From: Chrysomallon squamiferum
Taxonomy: Eukaryota; Animalia; Mollusca
Direction of reading: 5' to 3'
Length of the DNA stretch: 64,000 nt
Assembly (NCBI GenBank): GCA_012295275.1
Contig: CM022676.1
Coordinates: 186,001-250,000, forward strand
Position 1 is the stretch's first letter; each line of letters starts with the position of its first letter. Made by a program: the position numbers and the translations under genes. Below are positions 44,564 through 60,274 of the stretch, one piece after another. The notes under the pieces are model-generated. The model worked only from the letters and a program-made list of their open reading frames with translations, made no database searches and was not told the origin of the DNA.

Positions 44564-45333
44564 ACAGACACCGACACTCCATGTGTCTGTATAATCATTT
44601 AACAGACACAGTCAGACACCACATGTGTCTGTATAATCATTTAACAGACACAGACACCACGTGTGTCTGTATAATCATTTAACAGACACAGACACCATGT
44701 GTGTCTGTATAATCATTTAACAGACACAGACACTCCATGTGTCTGTATCATCATTTAACAGACACAGTATCATCATTTCAGACACCACATGTGTCTGTAT
44801 AATCATTTAACAGACACAGTCAGACACCACGTGTGTCTGTATAATCATTTAACAGACACAGTCAGACACCACATGTGTCTGTATAATCATTTAACAGACA
44901 CAGTCAGACACCATGTGTGTCAGTATAATCATTTAACAGACACAGACACTCCATGTGTCTGTATACTCATAACGTGTCTGTAAAATCATTTAACAGACAC
45001 AGATTTAACAGACAGACACTACGTGTGTCTGTATAATCATTTAACAGACACAGTCAGACACCACATGTGTCTGTATAATAAGACAAGTCAGACACAGACA
45101 CAGACACTCCATGTGTCTGTATACTCATTTAACAGACACAGTATAATCATTTAACAGACACAGACACCATGTGTGTCTGTATAATCATTTAACAGACACA
45201 GACACTCCATGTGTCTGTATACTCATTTAACAGACACAGACACCACGTGTCTGTATAATCATTTAACAGACACAGACACCACGTGTGTCTGTATAATCAT
45301 TTAACAGACACAGACACTACATGTGTCTGTATA
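44564..45333. repeat. ~38-42-bp minisatellite with an internal inverted repeat
   Basis: Units acagacaca(gtca)gacaccac(a/g)tgtgtctgtataatcatttaac. ACAGACAC and GTGTCTGT are reverse complements. Confidence 0.93.
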
Positions 45334-46245
45334 ATATAAACAGAAACAGACACATACAAAAGACAGACAGACAGATGTTAGTTGATACGTATGTGATGTT
45401 AGTGGTAATACAATTGCTATCAGTAGTAGCAGTAGCACAAGTAATAGTAATAGTAGCAGGAAGAAGTAGTCGTAGTAGTAGTAATAGTAGCAGAAGTAGT
45501 AGTAATTATGTTCGTGCTAGTAATTACATAGCTGCACTATTAATAGAATAGTTGATGTGGTAGCAGTTGTTTTTTCTAATATTAATATAGGAGTAGTAGA
45601 TGTAGTGGTCGTAGTATAATATTAACAGTAGTTGTAGTAGTAGCAGCAATGGTGGTAATAATAGTAGTTGTTGTTATTGTAGTACTAATCATATAATAAT
45701 ATCAATAACAGTAGCAGTAGTTTAGTAGTAGTTTAGTAGTAGTAGTAATAGTAGTAGTAGTAGTAGCAGCAGCATATATAGTTGTTGTAGTTGCAGTATT
45801 AATAGCATATCATACGACTAACAGTAGTTGTAGTAATAGAAATAGTTGTAGTAGAAATAGTAGCAAAAGCAAAAGCAGTAGTAGCAGTAGTAACAATAGT
45901 AGTAGTAGTAGCAGCAGCAGTAGTAGCAGCATCCGCAGCAGTAGTTGCAGTTGTAGTAGTAGTAATATAATTATTAGTACTAGTAACTGTTGTATTAGCA
46001 ACATTACTAGCGGTACAGCAAAACTCGAGTAGTAATGAAATAATGAAATCATTTTCAAAACAGTCACCATCATGTCACGTTAAGGCGTTTTTCAACTCGT
46101 TATCAACTAACGTGGAAATAAAAAAAGAATAAAAATAAAGTAAAGAGAAGAGGAAAAGATAAAAATAGTTACTCTCTTGATCAGTGCAGAGTTTAATTTC
46201 GTGAAAAGCTTTAATCGAACGTTTCATCGCTCTCGTGAAGAGCAG

Positions 46246-46268
46246 CCAATAAACGTTGCCATGGTAAC
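46246..46268. promoter_or_regulatory. Candidate CCAAT + RFX X-box module
   Basis: CCAAT (46246-50) is followed by GTTGCCATGGTAAC (46255-68), which fits the X-box consensus GTNRCC/ATRGYAAC. It sits in a CpG-containing island between microsatellites. Confidence 0.45.
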
Positions 46269-46387
46269 TGTACACCGAGCATTTCGATTAGTTTAATTCC
46301 TCTGGGACTCGGTTCACTGAAGTGAAGTTAGGTTATGAAATAATTTTCTTTTTTCTTCTTCTTCTTCTTCTTTTTCTTCTTCTTCTT

Positions 46388-46418
<31 letters not shown>

Positions 46419-47773
46419 TTATTATTATTATTATTATTATTATTGTTGTTGTTGTTGTTGTTGTTGCTGTTGTTGTTATCATCATCATTATTAGCAGTAG
46501 TATTTTTGTTGCTATCATCATCATAATTAGTAGTAGTAGTAATAATAGTCTTCCTACATTTACACGCATAATCACACACGCACACACATATAAACACGCA
46601 CACACAAACAGATACATGTACACCTTTTAGGCTGAAAACAATTTACTCTGTTATGTTATACAGTTAACTTAAAATTAACGTAACAGGATTGTATAAAATC
46701 TAAATAAGGCAGACATTCTGATTGGCTGATTGATTAAGTAGTAAAAGCGTTCTGACGAATATTGATGTCCTTATACGGAGTATAATCAGACGCATACAAA
46801 AATATTTATTTTTAATTCGCACGTAGACTTTATAAATTAATATCAAAACCTTTATTTTTTTATTTTTTTATTTATTACATCGATACATTGTTATGATAGA
46901 ATGAACACATTATTTATGTATTATAACAATAATAATAATAATAATAATAATAGTAGTAGTAGTAATGGTAGTAGTAGTAGTAGTAGTAGTAAGTGATAAC
47001 AAAAACACTGATGATGATGATGATAGTAATGTAAAGGTGAGCAGACACAAAGGAAGCAGTTTTATTCAGATGGAAATTATTATAAAACTTTTCATAAACG
47101 AAACCATAGCAACCGTACTGATAGTTCGTATAATGTTGAATTATCATCAGTTGAGTTATTAATGTTACATCAGTGTTTAACAGCTACAACGCAGACACCT
47201 GTCTGATGATTTGATCTGTAATGTGCAGGTTGTTTATCACCAGTTAACTCATACTTAACGCGCAAAGCCAGAAAGTTGTATTCTGACTCCAAACTACTAC
47301 ATACAGTAGTAGTAGTAGTAGTAGTAGTTGTTGTTGTTGTTGTAATAGTATCAGTAGTAGTAATAGTATTAGTAGTACTATTAGTAGTGCTAGTATTAGA
47401 AACAGAAGTCGTAGTAGAAGCAGTAGTAGTAGTAATAGCAGCTGTAGTAGTAACAGTAAAGTTAGTAATGGTAATTGCAAATGTATACAAATAATGACAT
47501 CTAAACGATATTAACAGCAGCACTATGTGGAACGGTAAAATTGCGAGGTTTATTTTACACGTTAATAAAGTGAGCTGTTTAATGTGTGAGTCACGTTGTT
47601 TTGTACAGAGAACGGAATGCTGGCGTCTACCTGTCATATTCCACTAATAAAGTTTTGATCATGTTACCTCTCTGACGTTGATTCGACCTCCACCTGTGTT
47701 TAGACTCAAGTCACAATTAATATACTGACTACGAACACGCAGTTTGATAGACTGAGGGTAAACACATTGATAC

Positions 47774-47840
<67 letters not shown>

Positions 47841-48783
47841 GTAATAGTAATGAAATAATGATGATCATCATGATAAAGTAGTATTAGTAGGTAAAAGTAG
47901 TAGTAGTAGTAGCAGCAGAAGTAGTAGGAGGAGTAGTAGTGCTAGTTGTTGTTGCTTTGCTACGTTTTGGTAACTGTATTGTTATAGTGTTACAAGATGA
48001 TGTCAGTTTTATTTTATTTTATTTTATTTTATATATTGTTAATTATAATTTTAATTTTAATTCTTTTATTTCAGGACTGATATAGTTTCTATCTCTCATT
48101 CTTACTTTCTCTCTCGATCTATCTTTTTTCTTTTTTTTTTTTCTTTTCTTTTTTATTCTTTTCTAATTTATATTATTATTCTTTACGTTGTGTTCTGTTT
48201 TATTAATACTTAACTCGCTATTGTACACAAACCACTTACTCAGCACTAAGTTGTGATAGCAGATATCAGACATTAACAGCCGAACTTCTGATCTTTTGTA
48301 ATCTTACAGAGCAAAACACGTGTTCAGTGAAGCTCTGCAAACCTAAACGATCTCTTGTTATTTCTGAAATGTTTTTATTCTGAAAAGAACCAGTCAAGTA
48401 AAACAGTCTGTCCAGATATCTCATGTTCATCAGTGCTCTGTGTATCTGTGTCATGGTTGTGTTTGTCTGTGTGTGTGTGTATGTGTGTGTGTGTCTGTGT
48501 GTGTGTTTCTGTGTGTGTGTTGTGTGTATATGTGTCTGTGTGTGTGTGTATATATGTGTTTGTCTGTGTGTGTGTGTGTATGTGTACAGGTGTGTATATA
48601 TGTGCGCTTCGTGTGTCTGTGAGTTTGTGTGTCTGTGAGTTTGTGTGTGTGTATTTTTATTTGTATGTGTCTGTATCTGTGTGTCTGTGTTAGTCTCTAT
48701 CTATAAGAAACCCTTTAGTTTTGTATTATGTCACGATTCATTTTGTCTTTCCTTATTCTTTTTTCTTTAATTTCTCGGGGTTG

Positions 48784-48882
<99 letters not shown>

Positions 48883-49439
48883 TCACTGCCTATTTTTGAA
48901 GACGAAATCACAAACAAATCAAATGAATCATAGTTCATTTCAAAAGAACAAGAAAAACGTGCTAAGTGCGAAAGGACTTGAACAACACAATCTCAGCTGA
49001 CGACTGATCAAAGAAATAAACTGTGCAGCGTGGAATTTATTTAATCCACAAGCAAACTCAACAAACTCGACTATTATCGAAACAACCAGTCGCATGTTGT
49101 GACCGTTTGGTCGACGTAAGTGACAAAAGTGGCTTTCATGCGTCAAACGTGTTTCTCGCGCTGTTTGTCGTCTGCTGAAACTAAGACTCTTCAGTGTGTG
49201 AGGAACAAAAACGTGTTACCCAAGATCACTGAAAACGACTCAACAGAACACAAAAAGTGCGGATTGGAAAATTAAACAATAGGAAAGAAAATCTGTTTAC
49301 AGCTGGCGCTGCTATTGATCCGGAGACGTCAGTTTAACCTCAGTCTCGTATTATTTCATGCACTGAATTATGTCTACAAATAGTACAAATGACACCATGA
49401 AAATGGATAGCGTGAGACAGCTCAGATATATATATATAA

Positions 49440-49501
<62 letters not shown>

Positions 49502-50539
49502 GTTTATATATATATAAACACACACATATATATATATATATACAAAGATTGTTAAATAAAGACAAATCTTTTGTTACAGAAAAAAAGAGAGAGAAAATAA
49601 AATCTTTTCTACACAAACGTATTTGTTCTATTATTAAAATGACTTAGTATCGTCTGAAGTAGAAGGAGATTGTTATATTTGACAAGACATAAACAAATAA
49701 AACTACTGTCTGATTCAAGCTGTCACACACACACTGGTTTACTCCGGGGTGTCTGATCAATACAGTCTGCTTGTTGCTCCTATTTCAAATACAATGGCCG
49801 TCAACGAATTCGCGCGACATTTTTCAGAGCAGACGTCAAAACCGGTCTCGTTTCGAGAAACCGCAGCGTGACAGGCAGAACCTACTCGCGTCATTTTATA
49901 TAACACACGCCGTAACAAGTAGTGTGTCTGCTATGTCACGTGACACTCTGAAACTTCCTCGTATAGAATACACGTCGTAGATGAATACATGTACTGGAAT
50001 CGGTCTTCATTATCATCATCGTCTTTACATGGCCGTAACTATATCGAGGCAAATGATTTTATTTAAAAACATACAAAATATAAATGGCTAGAATCCGCTC
50101 GGCGATTAACTGTTTTTGCCTCGTTTCAAAATGAGTCCAGTTTCTGCCTTACATTATCATTATTATTATTATTATTATCATCATTGTTATTATAATCATC
50201 ATCATTATTATTATTATATTATTGTTGTTATACTTTTCTTGAAATACCAAACAAAAATCAAGGTATGACTCAAACCTAGTAAAGATTTAGATGTGTTTAA
50301 ACAAAACTCCTCACACATACATGAGTGTTCAGCTATTTATAGCAGACCTAATGTCAATCACTGCTTTTAGCCCCGCCCTCTTTCTTAATGTTAATAAGCA
50401 TTACGTATGAAAACTCATACGTGTGTATGTATGAATGTAGTTGGGGTTTTTTGTTGGGTTTTTTTCTGTTTTGTATATGTATATGTTTTTTATTGGGTTT
50501 TTTTTTGGGGGGGGTTGTGTGTGCATATATATATATATA

Positions 50540-50759
50540 CGTATGTATGTAGTTTAGGATTTTGAACTTCTGTGCCTTATGTACGTCTGATTAGACTCTG
50601 CACACAGACAATATTCGTGATCGCACTGGCGCAGGACGACAAAGTCCAATCACAACCTCAGAAACCCGTCAGATGCCGCTGACAAGACTCGAACGTATGA
50701 CTCCCATTCCACAGCACTCCGAAGGCGGACGATGTTACCGTTCGGCCATCAAGACAACC
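50540..50759 (-). mobile_element. tRNA-derived SINE
   Basis: On the - strand: A box TGGCCGAACGG (50748-50738), B box GTTCGAGTC (50694-50686), a ~150-bp body and a short (ACAT)n tail. Confidence 0.7.
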
Positions 50760-50778
50760 TTGTATGACTAATTATGTT

Positions 50779-50782
50779 TATA

Positions 50783-50818
<36 letters not shown>

Positions 50819-50878
50819 TATATATATATGTATGTATGTATGTATGTATATATATGTATGTATGTATGTATGTATATA

Positions 50879-50909
<31 letters not shown>

Positions 50910-50914
50910 GTATG

Positions 50915-50964
<50 letters not shown>

Positions 50965-50988
50965 TATATATATGTATGTATGTATGTA

Positions 50989-51024
<36 letters not shown>

Positions 51025-51190
51025 TGTATATATATATGTGTATGTATGTATGTATGTATGTATATATATATATATATGTGTATGTATGTATGTATGTATG
51101 TATGTATATATATATATATATGTGTATGTATGTATGTATGTAGTATGTATGTATATATATATATATATGTATGTATGTATTTATGTAGTA
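50779..51190. repeat. Compound (TATG)n/(TA)n microsatellite
   Basis: Direct reading. Confidence 0.97.
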
Positions 51191-53514
51191 TGTGTGGGTG
51201 TGGGTGAGAGTATATATTATACACATAAACATACACACACGTATCTATGTATGTGTGTATGTACATACTGAAACATGTTTTTTCTCTTGTAGACGTACAC
51301 TCAAACACGCACTCACAAAAGACACAATGAGAAAGACGCGTGAAGTGATGTATTATAAACACATTACATTAAACCACGTTTTCATGTATTAATACTCAAA
51401 CACCACAGATCATACCTCGTCAAAGTTCGGCTGTTGCTAGGCTCGGAGCTGCACCTAGCAACGAAACAATGGGAGCTATTTGGTGACGTATTTGTGATAC
51501 TTATATTACCAGTGAGCTATTGTACGTCAGTTGGATGACTTCACACTGGTTGTCAGTGTGTGGAGATATTATTATTAAAGTGATCTGCAAATTCATATCT
51601 CACAATAGTTCTACTTTATAAACAGCTCACTGCTTAATTTAGCTAGGCGAAAATGTGTAATATGAACAGTGACACAAAAGCACGCATATACTTATATACT
51701 TACACAAAGGCACACACACAAACATACACACACATACATACACACATAAATACATAAATACATACATATATACATAATATGCACAATACTACAAAGACAC
51801 ACGTTTTCATTTATGAAATACACACATACACACAGACAGAGAAACACACGTGTCAAGGTAACAAGGTATGAGAGTTATGTAATGTTTGTTACGAATATGA
51901 AAGAAAAGAACATATTTCACACGTGTGACGGAATACATCATGTATTAATCACCAGTATTAATATTACACAGAGTGAAATAAAAACCTTGTAAATTACGTT
52001 CTCTCTCTCTCTTTCTCTCTCTCTGTCTTTCTCTCTCTCCTCCATCCATCTCTCTCCCTCACACATACAGACACATTATACACACAAACAAACAGACATA
52101 CACACACACACATACATACACATATACGCACACATAGACTCATATATACACACAGAGACACACATACAACACAGACATACACAGAAACAAACACACATAA
52201 ACACACACATACATGAATACATACATACATACATATATACACAGCATACACACACAAACACACACACACACACACACGCACACAGTGGTAAATATGTGTA
52301 TATGTAGGTAAATATGGATACTGGATCTGTTCAGAAACAATGCTTAATATTTCACTAAAGTTGTTTCTGCTTTGTTCTGTTTCCTCAAGAGAATACAATT
52401 CCCAGTGTTTCCTGTGTTTTCTAATTTTTTGTCAACATAAAAACAAGATGTATTATTAAACAGAACGCAGTGGAGTTCAGCTTACAATACACACACAACA
52501 AGGCCACATTCCCGTCAAGAGTGACAAAACATTGTACTGTTCACCATATTATGACGTCACAAGTACGCAAACAATAGTACAGTCCAGTCATATATTGTCT
52601 GTTATTGTTACAATTTATAATTAGAAACACTGAGACAAAACAGTTCCTTGTAAACAAATGTACGAGTTGTACAATCCAAGAACAAATGTGAAATTGTTAT
52701 ATTACTGTTATACTTCATTATTAGAAAAGATTAGGCAGAATGATAAAATACAGGTGTACAAAATGTAATATTACCAAAACAAAGTTCCATTAAGAATGAA
52801 TAGATATTTGTTACATTACAGTTATTCTTTCATAGTATAAAAGACTGCGTGAAACAGAACGACAGCGTGAAAATATACAAAAGAAAGAAAGAAAAAGAAC
52901 AATGCTTTATTTTTTAATATTTATGTATATACATATATATATATATGCATGTATGTAATTCTAATAAAAGAGCTCAACAAAACAAACACGAAATACCTGA
53001 TCGTGTAATCAATAATACTTTCTAAAAACCAATCTACATAATGTTTTTGTTGATGACTGTCGTCTGACGCTGTGGGGGGGATGTACGACGATCGATGCAC
53101 GTGCGTCGCGCGCTACTGTTTACTTTAAAGTCTTACGTAAACAAATTCGTTCGCTTACGTTTATTAAATGTCGTTCTCGTTTTACGTTTTTTGTTAGATG
53201 ATTATTATCATTATCGATCGTTATTTCTGTTTTCAACGGGGAATAATAATTTAGTGAAAACCTGTACAGACTTGTCGTGTTACACTTTCACTGTATTTTC
53301 TGAGAATAATCTTAAGCACGTGTGTCGTGCACGTTCGTCTGTGACGTGTGAGAGCAAACAGTTGTTAAAGTGAACAGCTACAGACTGCGTCACGTGTAAA
53401 CACATCTATCATAAGAGTAATAATGTCAGAAAACTAAATAAAAAATAAATAAATAAATAAATGATGATGAAGAGTAGGATGACAATAACAACAACAACAA
53501 TAATAATAATAATA

Positions 53515-53562
<48 letters not shown>

Positions 53563-54093
53563 AGAATGATAAAAAATAATTAGAAGAAGAAGAAAAAGAA
53601 TCATTCTTAATGAATAATATGATGATAAAAATGATGATAATTATCATTAAAATATAATTTAATAATTTTAAATATTTCAAAATGGCGCTGATATATGATA
53701 TACTAATATCCATAAAACAAACAAAGATTTTTGGACGCGCGAGTCCTGCCTGTGGTTACATTCAGAACGAATCAATATTCGCACGCAGTGTATCGCGAGT
53801 TAATTGATTTCTCAGATCAAAGATCAGCTTGAAACTCGTAAAACGTCAGATAATATTCGCAGATGACACGGGTAATGAAAAGTGTCGGTTTTAGGTGACA
53901 CGGCAAATCAGAAATAAAGTGGCAGCCATTATTTTTCGCAATTGAGTCTGCTCGCGGCCAATTAGCTGACGGCAGATGCTGTCAAGATGAGATTGTCAGG
54001 CAATAGAGAGAGACAGTTATCTCAAGACGAGGTAATCAGCCAACAATTACACTGATCACAACACGACGCAGTAAATAAAAATGACGTTTTTAA

Positions 54094-54360
<267 letters not shown>

Positions 54361-54435
54361 GTTTATCATTCTTCTCATGTTTTGTCTGAATGTGTATATG
54401 TATGTATGTATGTATTTATATATATATATATGTAT

Positions 54436-54469
<34 letters not shown>

Positions 54470-55426
54470 ATGTATGTATTTTTGTATGTATCTCCGTATG
54501 TTTCTATGTACATATGTAAATATGCATATATAGCTGTGTAAACACGTTATTAATATTATTCAGTTATTAATATTACTGTTATTTCCGCTAATGTTTTTTC
54601 TATTACACATATCTTCAATTGTTTCCATTATAGATATTTTTCCTTTAAACACATACACACACACACACATTCGCACTGACACATCCACACATACACAAAC
54701 ACACATACAGAAAAAATATTACATTATGTACATATAAAAATAACTTCGTATAAAGAAAACAGGTTCTGGTAACCAGGGATATGCGTACTGTAAAATTTCA
54801 GTTCTAAATAATTAAACACGTGTATCGATTTTAACTCAAGTTATTAGTTTTGCTGAACATTTTCAACAATAGAATTTTCTCTCTTCCCATTATCTTTTTC
54901 TATTTTTATTTTAATTATTATTTTAATTTTTTTTTTGTCTTTTGTTCCGCGTTCTTTTTTCAAACTGCGTTTTCTATTGTCACAGTCGCGCTCTACAACT
55001 TGACAAAACAGTTGTCTGTGAATTTAACAAAAGTGAAAAGGTAGGTAGGCTTTAGACAATAGGGCTGAAAAGTAATGTGATGTTGCTTGTTTGAACTGTC
55101 GTACAAGAAACATGCCGACACAAGTAACACAATGTCCTACAGAAAGCAGCGGCGTTCTCTGTCAACTGAATCAATGTGCAGCTTAGCAACAGACACACCA
55201 CTCGATACAAACATTCATGTATACAGTCGTCATCTTTCTTCGCAGTTGTCAATCAAACCTGTAACATCAGTTGATTTTCCTAATTTATTTTTTCATCTTT
55301 TTTATAAATATATATTTGTTTATTTATTGTTTTGTTTTTTGTTGTCACTGTTTTTAGTGTCATTATTATTAATATTAATAGAAGTAGTAGCAGTTGTTGT
55401 AGTAGTAATAGTAGTAGTAATATTAA

Positions 55427-55481
<55 letters not shown>

Positions 55482-56147
55482 GTTATTATCATCAGATGTA
55501 GTATTAGTATCTTGCTCATCTTTATTATCATCATTAGTAATATTACTCTCTTTTTTTAATATTTTTGGTGTATATCTAAGTATGAACGTTTGAAAGTATG
55601 AAAGTACTTTGTTTACTGTTTTATTTATTTATTACTATTATTATTTTGTGTAGATATATTGGTATATAAAAAAGACAGGGAGATGGGCGGGACGTGTGAG
55701 AGAAAGAAAGTAATGAAGACAAAGGCGAGTGAGAAAAAGCGACAAACAGAAATAGCTACAGACAAGATACAAATACAGACACACAGAAAGCGAAGACAGA
55801 CAAAAATAAACGTCAGTACAAAGACCAGTCATGCGTCCATTGTTACAAACACGAAGGTTTTGAAAACAAAAAATTCCACACAAATAGTTTACAGGAAGAA
55901 GTCGGTCACTGTCAATATTTTGTTTTTCTAAAAAATGCCTCGGGCAGGAAAACTAAATTTTAACACTAATAAATCATACGAATAAAAAGTGAACATGAAC
56001 ATTTAAAAAAAAATAATTATGATTTATTTTTGATTTTATTATTACTTTTTATATCAATTTTTTTTTTTTTTCCAGGATGAATGTTAGTGTGAATGTAAAG
56101 GATGATTCGATAGAAGAAACACGATATTGCCAACCGCTGGATTTTCC

Positions 56148-56362
<215 letters not shown>

Positions 56363-56938
56363 ATATATCCAGAGAGAGAGAGAGAGGGATTTGGTGATAT
56401 ACACATGTTATCGTTTTTGGAGATCTGTCAAACAAGATTTATATATATTTGATCAGAGATCTGTCAAACAAGATTATATTTGATCAGGTGACCTTGTAAA
56501 AGCCCCGTCTCGGTCAGAATTTTATGTGTATGTGTGTGTTTATATATATATATATAAATATGTACATATGTATATATCTTTATACATTTTATTATTATTA
56601 TTATTATTATGATTATTATTACTGTTGTTGTTGTTGTTGTTATTGTTAAATATCAGATGTTAAATATTCAAAGACTGTCGTATGCTGAAGGAGAAAGGAT
56701 TCAGTTCTAGATGTGTTACATAGACTGTGACGTGGTTTTGCTTGTTTTCGTTTTTTGTTTTCCTTGTTTCTTTATATAAAAAAATTCTATTTATTTCTTT
56801 CTTTTTTTGTTATTTGTTTTATTTCTTTTTTCTGTCACCATATATGTACAAAAATATCTCCACCCTCAATATAAAAAAAAAAATTAATATATAATTAAAT
56901 TATTCAACTATAAAAACAGTTAAAATTTATATATCTAC

Positions 56939-56970
<32 letters not shown>

Positions 56971-57321
56971 GTGTGTACATAATAATAATAGTAACAACAA
57001 TAATAGTATTCTGCTAATATTTGACGGCGTTCAAGTGTCATTTATAGATAGATATTCATTCATTCAGTTATTTGTGAATAAATTAGTGGTTTACGTAGCT
57101 GTGACTTGTATTCCTAACCGCTGCAAGTGCGCGGAGAAATAACAGCTTGCTTTGTGAATCGCTGGTTTGTGCAGCTAAGTGTTGACTAACAGACTGAGTA
57201 AAACAGACACAAGTTTTATCTGTTCAACTGTGCCTTTGTATCCCCGCTTAACTAATTACTCTATAGTGTTACTGTTTGTGTTTGGCACAGAAGAAAATGC
57301 ATAAACTTATACAGGCACATG

Positions 57322-57370
<49 letters not shown>

Positions 57371-57372
57371 AT

Positions 57373-57424
<52 letters not shown>

Positions 57425-57441
57425 CTCTGTGCGTATATGTA

Positions 57442-57487
<46 letters not shown>

Positions 57488-57493
<6 letters not shown>

Positions 57494-57651
57494 CGTAAGC
57501 ATATGAAAACAGTGAGACATAAACATATATTCATTATAAATATATCTATATCTATATAAATATTTATATATCTAGATATACATATAGATATAGATATATT
57601 TAAAATGAATATTTGTTTATGTCTCACTGTTTTCATATGCTTACGTATATA
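57488..57651. repeat. Near-perfect inverted repeat (70-bp arms, 24-nt loop)
   Basis: tatatacgtaagcatatgaaaacagtgagacataaaca... pairs with ...tgtttatgtctcactgttttcatatgcttacgtatata, with 2 mismatches. Confidence 0.93.
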
Positions 57652-57797
57652 GTTGTAGTAGTAATAGTATTATTATTATTATTATTTTTATTATCAGATG
57701 TAGTATTAGTACTTTTAATATTACTCTCTCTTTTTAATTTGTTTGGTGTGTATCTAAGTATGAATGCGTGTACGCTGTTTTCTTTTTATTTTACTTA

Positions 57798-57829
<32 letters not shown>

Positions 57830-57965
57830 TTTTTGTTATATACACACACACATACCTACACACATATTTATATAGGTATGTGTGTGTATGTAAGTATGTT
57901 TGTGTGTGTGTGTGTATGTGTATGTACGTATGTGTGTGTGTTTATATGTGTGTATTTATATAAGT

Positions 57966-58010
<45 letters not shown>

Positions 58011-58777
58011 TGGTCATGATTTAGCATCAGTACAATTATCCAGATTATGAGTATTATAGTAATTAAGGTAGACAGATTATCTCTGTTAACTCTTACCTCT
58101 CCTAATCTTCTCAGAGGTTAAAAAGTAAATCCATGTTTTAGATTAATCACAGTTTGAAACAACTCTGTTAATCCTGTCTCTTCTACGACATTTCTGTTCC
58201 GATTGTGTCAGTTCTATAACATAGCACCTATTCTGTCAGTTTTATATCATAATATTTCAAGTTTTGTTTTACGTTTTATAACAGTACTTCCAATTCTGTC
58301 TGTTATTGTGACTTAGTATTTATAGTTTTATCCCTTTTTAAAACGAATATGTCCTTTTTATAACACAGTATCATTAATCCTGTCTGTGTGTACGTTCACT
58401 GACATTCCACCAGTCTGTACGTCCAGTACGTTGTCACTCGCAGAGCCTCTCTCTGGCTGTTTCATCCTGTACGACAGTCGCGCTACACGCAAACACAGAA
58501 ACAACAGCAGTTCTCCCGGTGAACGAGATCTAGCCTGGACAGGTTTTGCCTCGCCGGTTCAGTCATCCACGACCACCCGATTCAGCGCTTTTGTCAGGCT
58601 CGGTGTCACCACTAACGGGTATATTCCTAACACACATGTAGCAGATAACGGGTTTTTTTTAGACGTGTGGTGAAACAGTTCACTTCTGTGGTTACGATTA
58701 CTTAACTGCATGTGCATGTGGCCGTTTTTAACTATTAAATTGATTGTTGTAAATTTGTATTATTTAATATTATTATA

Positions 58778-58831
<54 letters not shown>

Positions 58832-59183
58832 TTTGCTGTTGTTGTTTTTTTTTGTTTTTTTTTTTTTTTTCTTGTGATTTTGTGTGTATTTGTGTAAGTT
58901 TTTTTATTTGTATTTCATTTTGTATTTAATTATTTAAAACCTTTCTGGATCAGCTACTCGCCACCGCTCCTGTAAAACGCGGAATCCTGCAGCCAGGTTT
59001 GTCCAGGCTACGCGGGTGTAGAGTTTCGCTGAGAATTACCCGGTGGAACAGGTTTCAGTCGTTCTGGGTTTGGAATGCGCTGATTGTGTTCACAGAAAAG
59101 ATTTGTCTTATATAACTAAGGACTTGGTTTGTTGGTTGATTTCACAAACAGTTGGTAACCGTGGTGCGCTGCGTGAGTAATGA

Positions 59184-59461
<278 letters not shown>

Positions 59462-59509
59462 CCAAACAGAACATTAAATATTATATGTACAGATGTAAGT
59501 TAATATCAG

Positions 59510-59604
<95 letters not shown>

Positions 59605-60158
59605 CACTGTCTGAGACAGAAAGACTAAGAAACATATAGTTAGATAGATGATAGAGAGGTAGATAAACAGACTAGTAGATAGACAACGAGACAGATAGAT
59701 CAGGCAGATAGACATACCAATGGATAGACAGACAGACAGACAGATCAATGGAAAGAGAGATATATAGATGGATAGGTAGACAGTCAGACAGAGAAACTGT
59801 GGTATGAGTCTATGCGACGTGAGTACACTAATGAACACATTCACAAAAATTATCTGTCGTTTGTTCCCGACACACTGTCTAATAATAGAGTATTACTCTA
59901 CACACGCTTGTTACATACGACAATTATCTTCTACATTAGGTTAATACTCATATTACACTAATCCTGTGTCAGCTTAATCCTCCTGTCTTTTACATTCAAG
60001 AGATTAATACTATGATAATCCTGGACAGAACTGATCAGAATTTCTTTCTTCCTTCTAACGAAGAAGTGGAGAACTTACCTTAACAGTAAATAAATACACC
60101 AGGTCTAGAAATAATACGTTAAAATTACAGATAGGAATCTATTCAAAGTTAGGTATAC

Positions 60159-60274
<116 letters not shown>

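Noticed and set aside
50028-50140. Small MITE or Helentron-like element (cgaggcaaa/tttgcctcg inverted pair)
   Set aside because: The inverted match is too short and the ends too degenerate to call.
50660-50759. tRNA gene
   Set aside because: A and B boxes are present, but there is no convincing cloverleaf. It continues into a body and repeat tail, which fits a SINE better.
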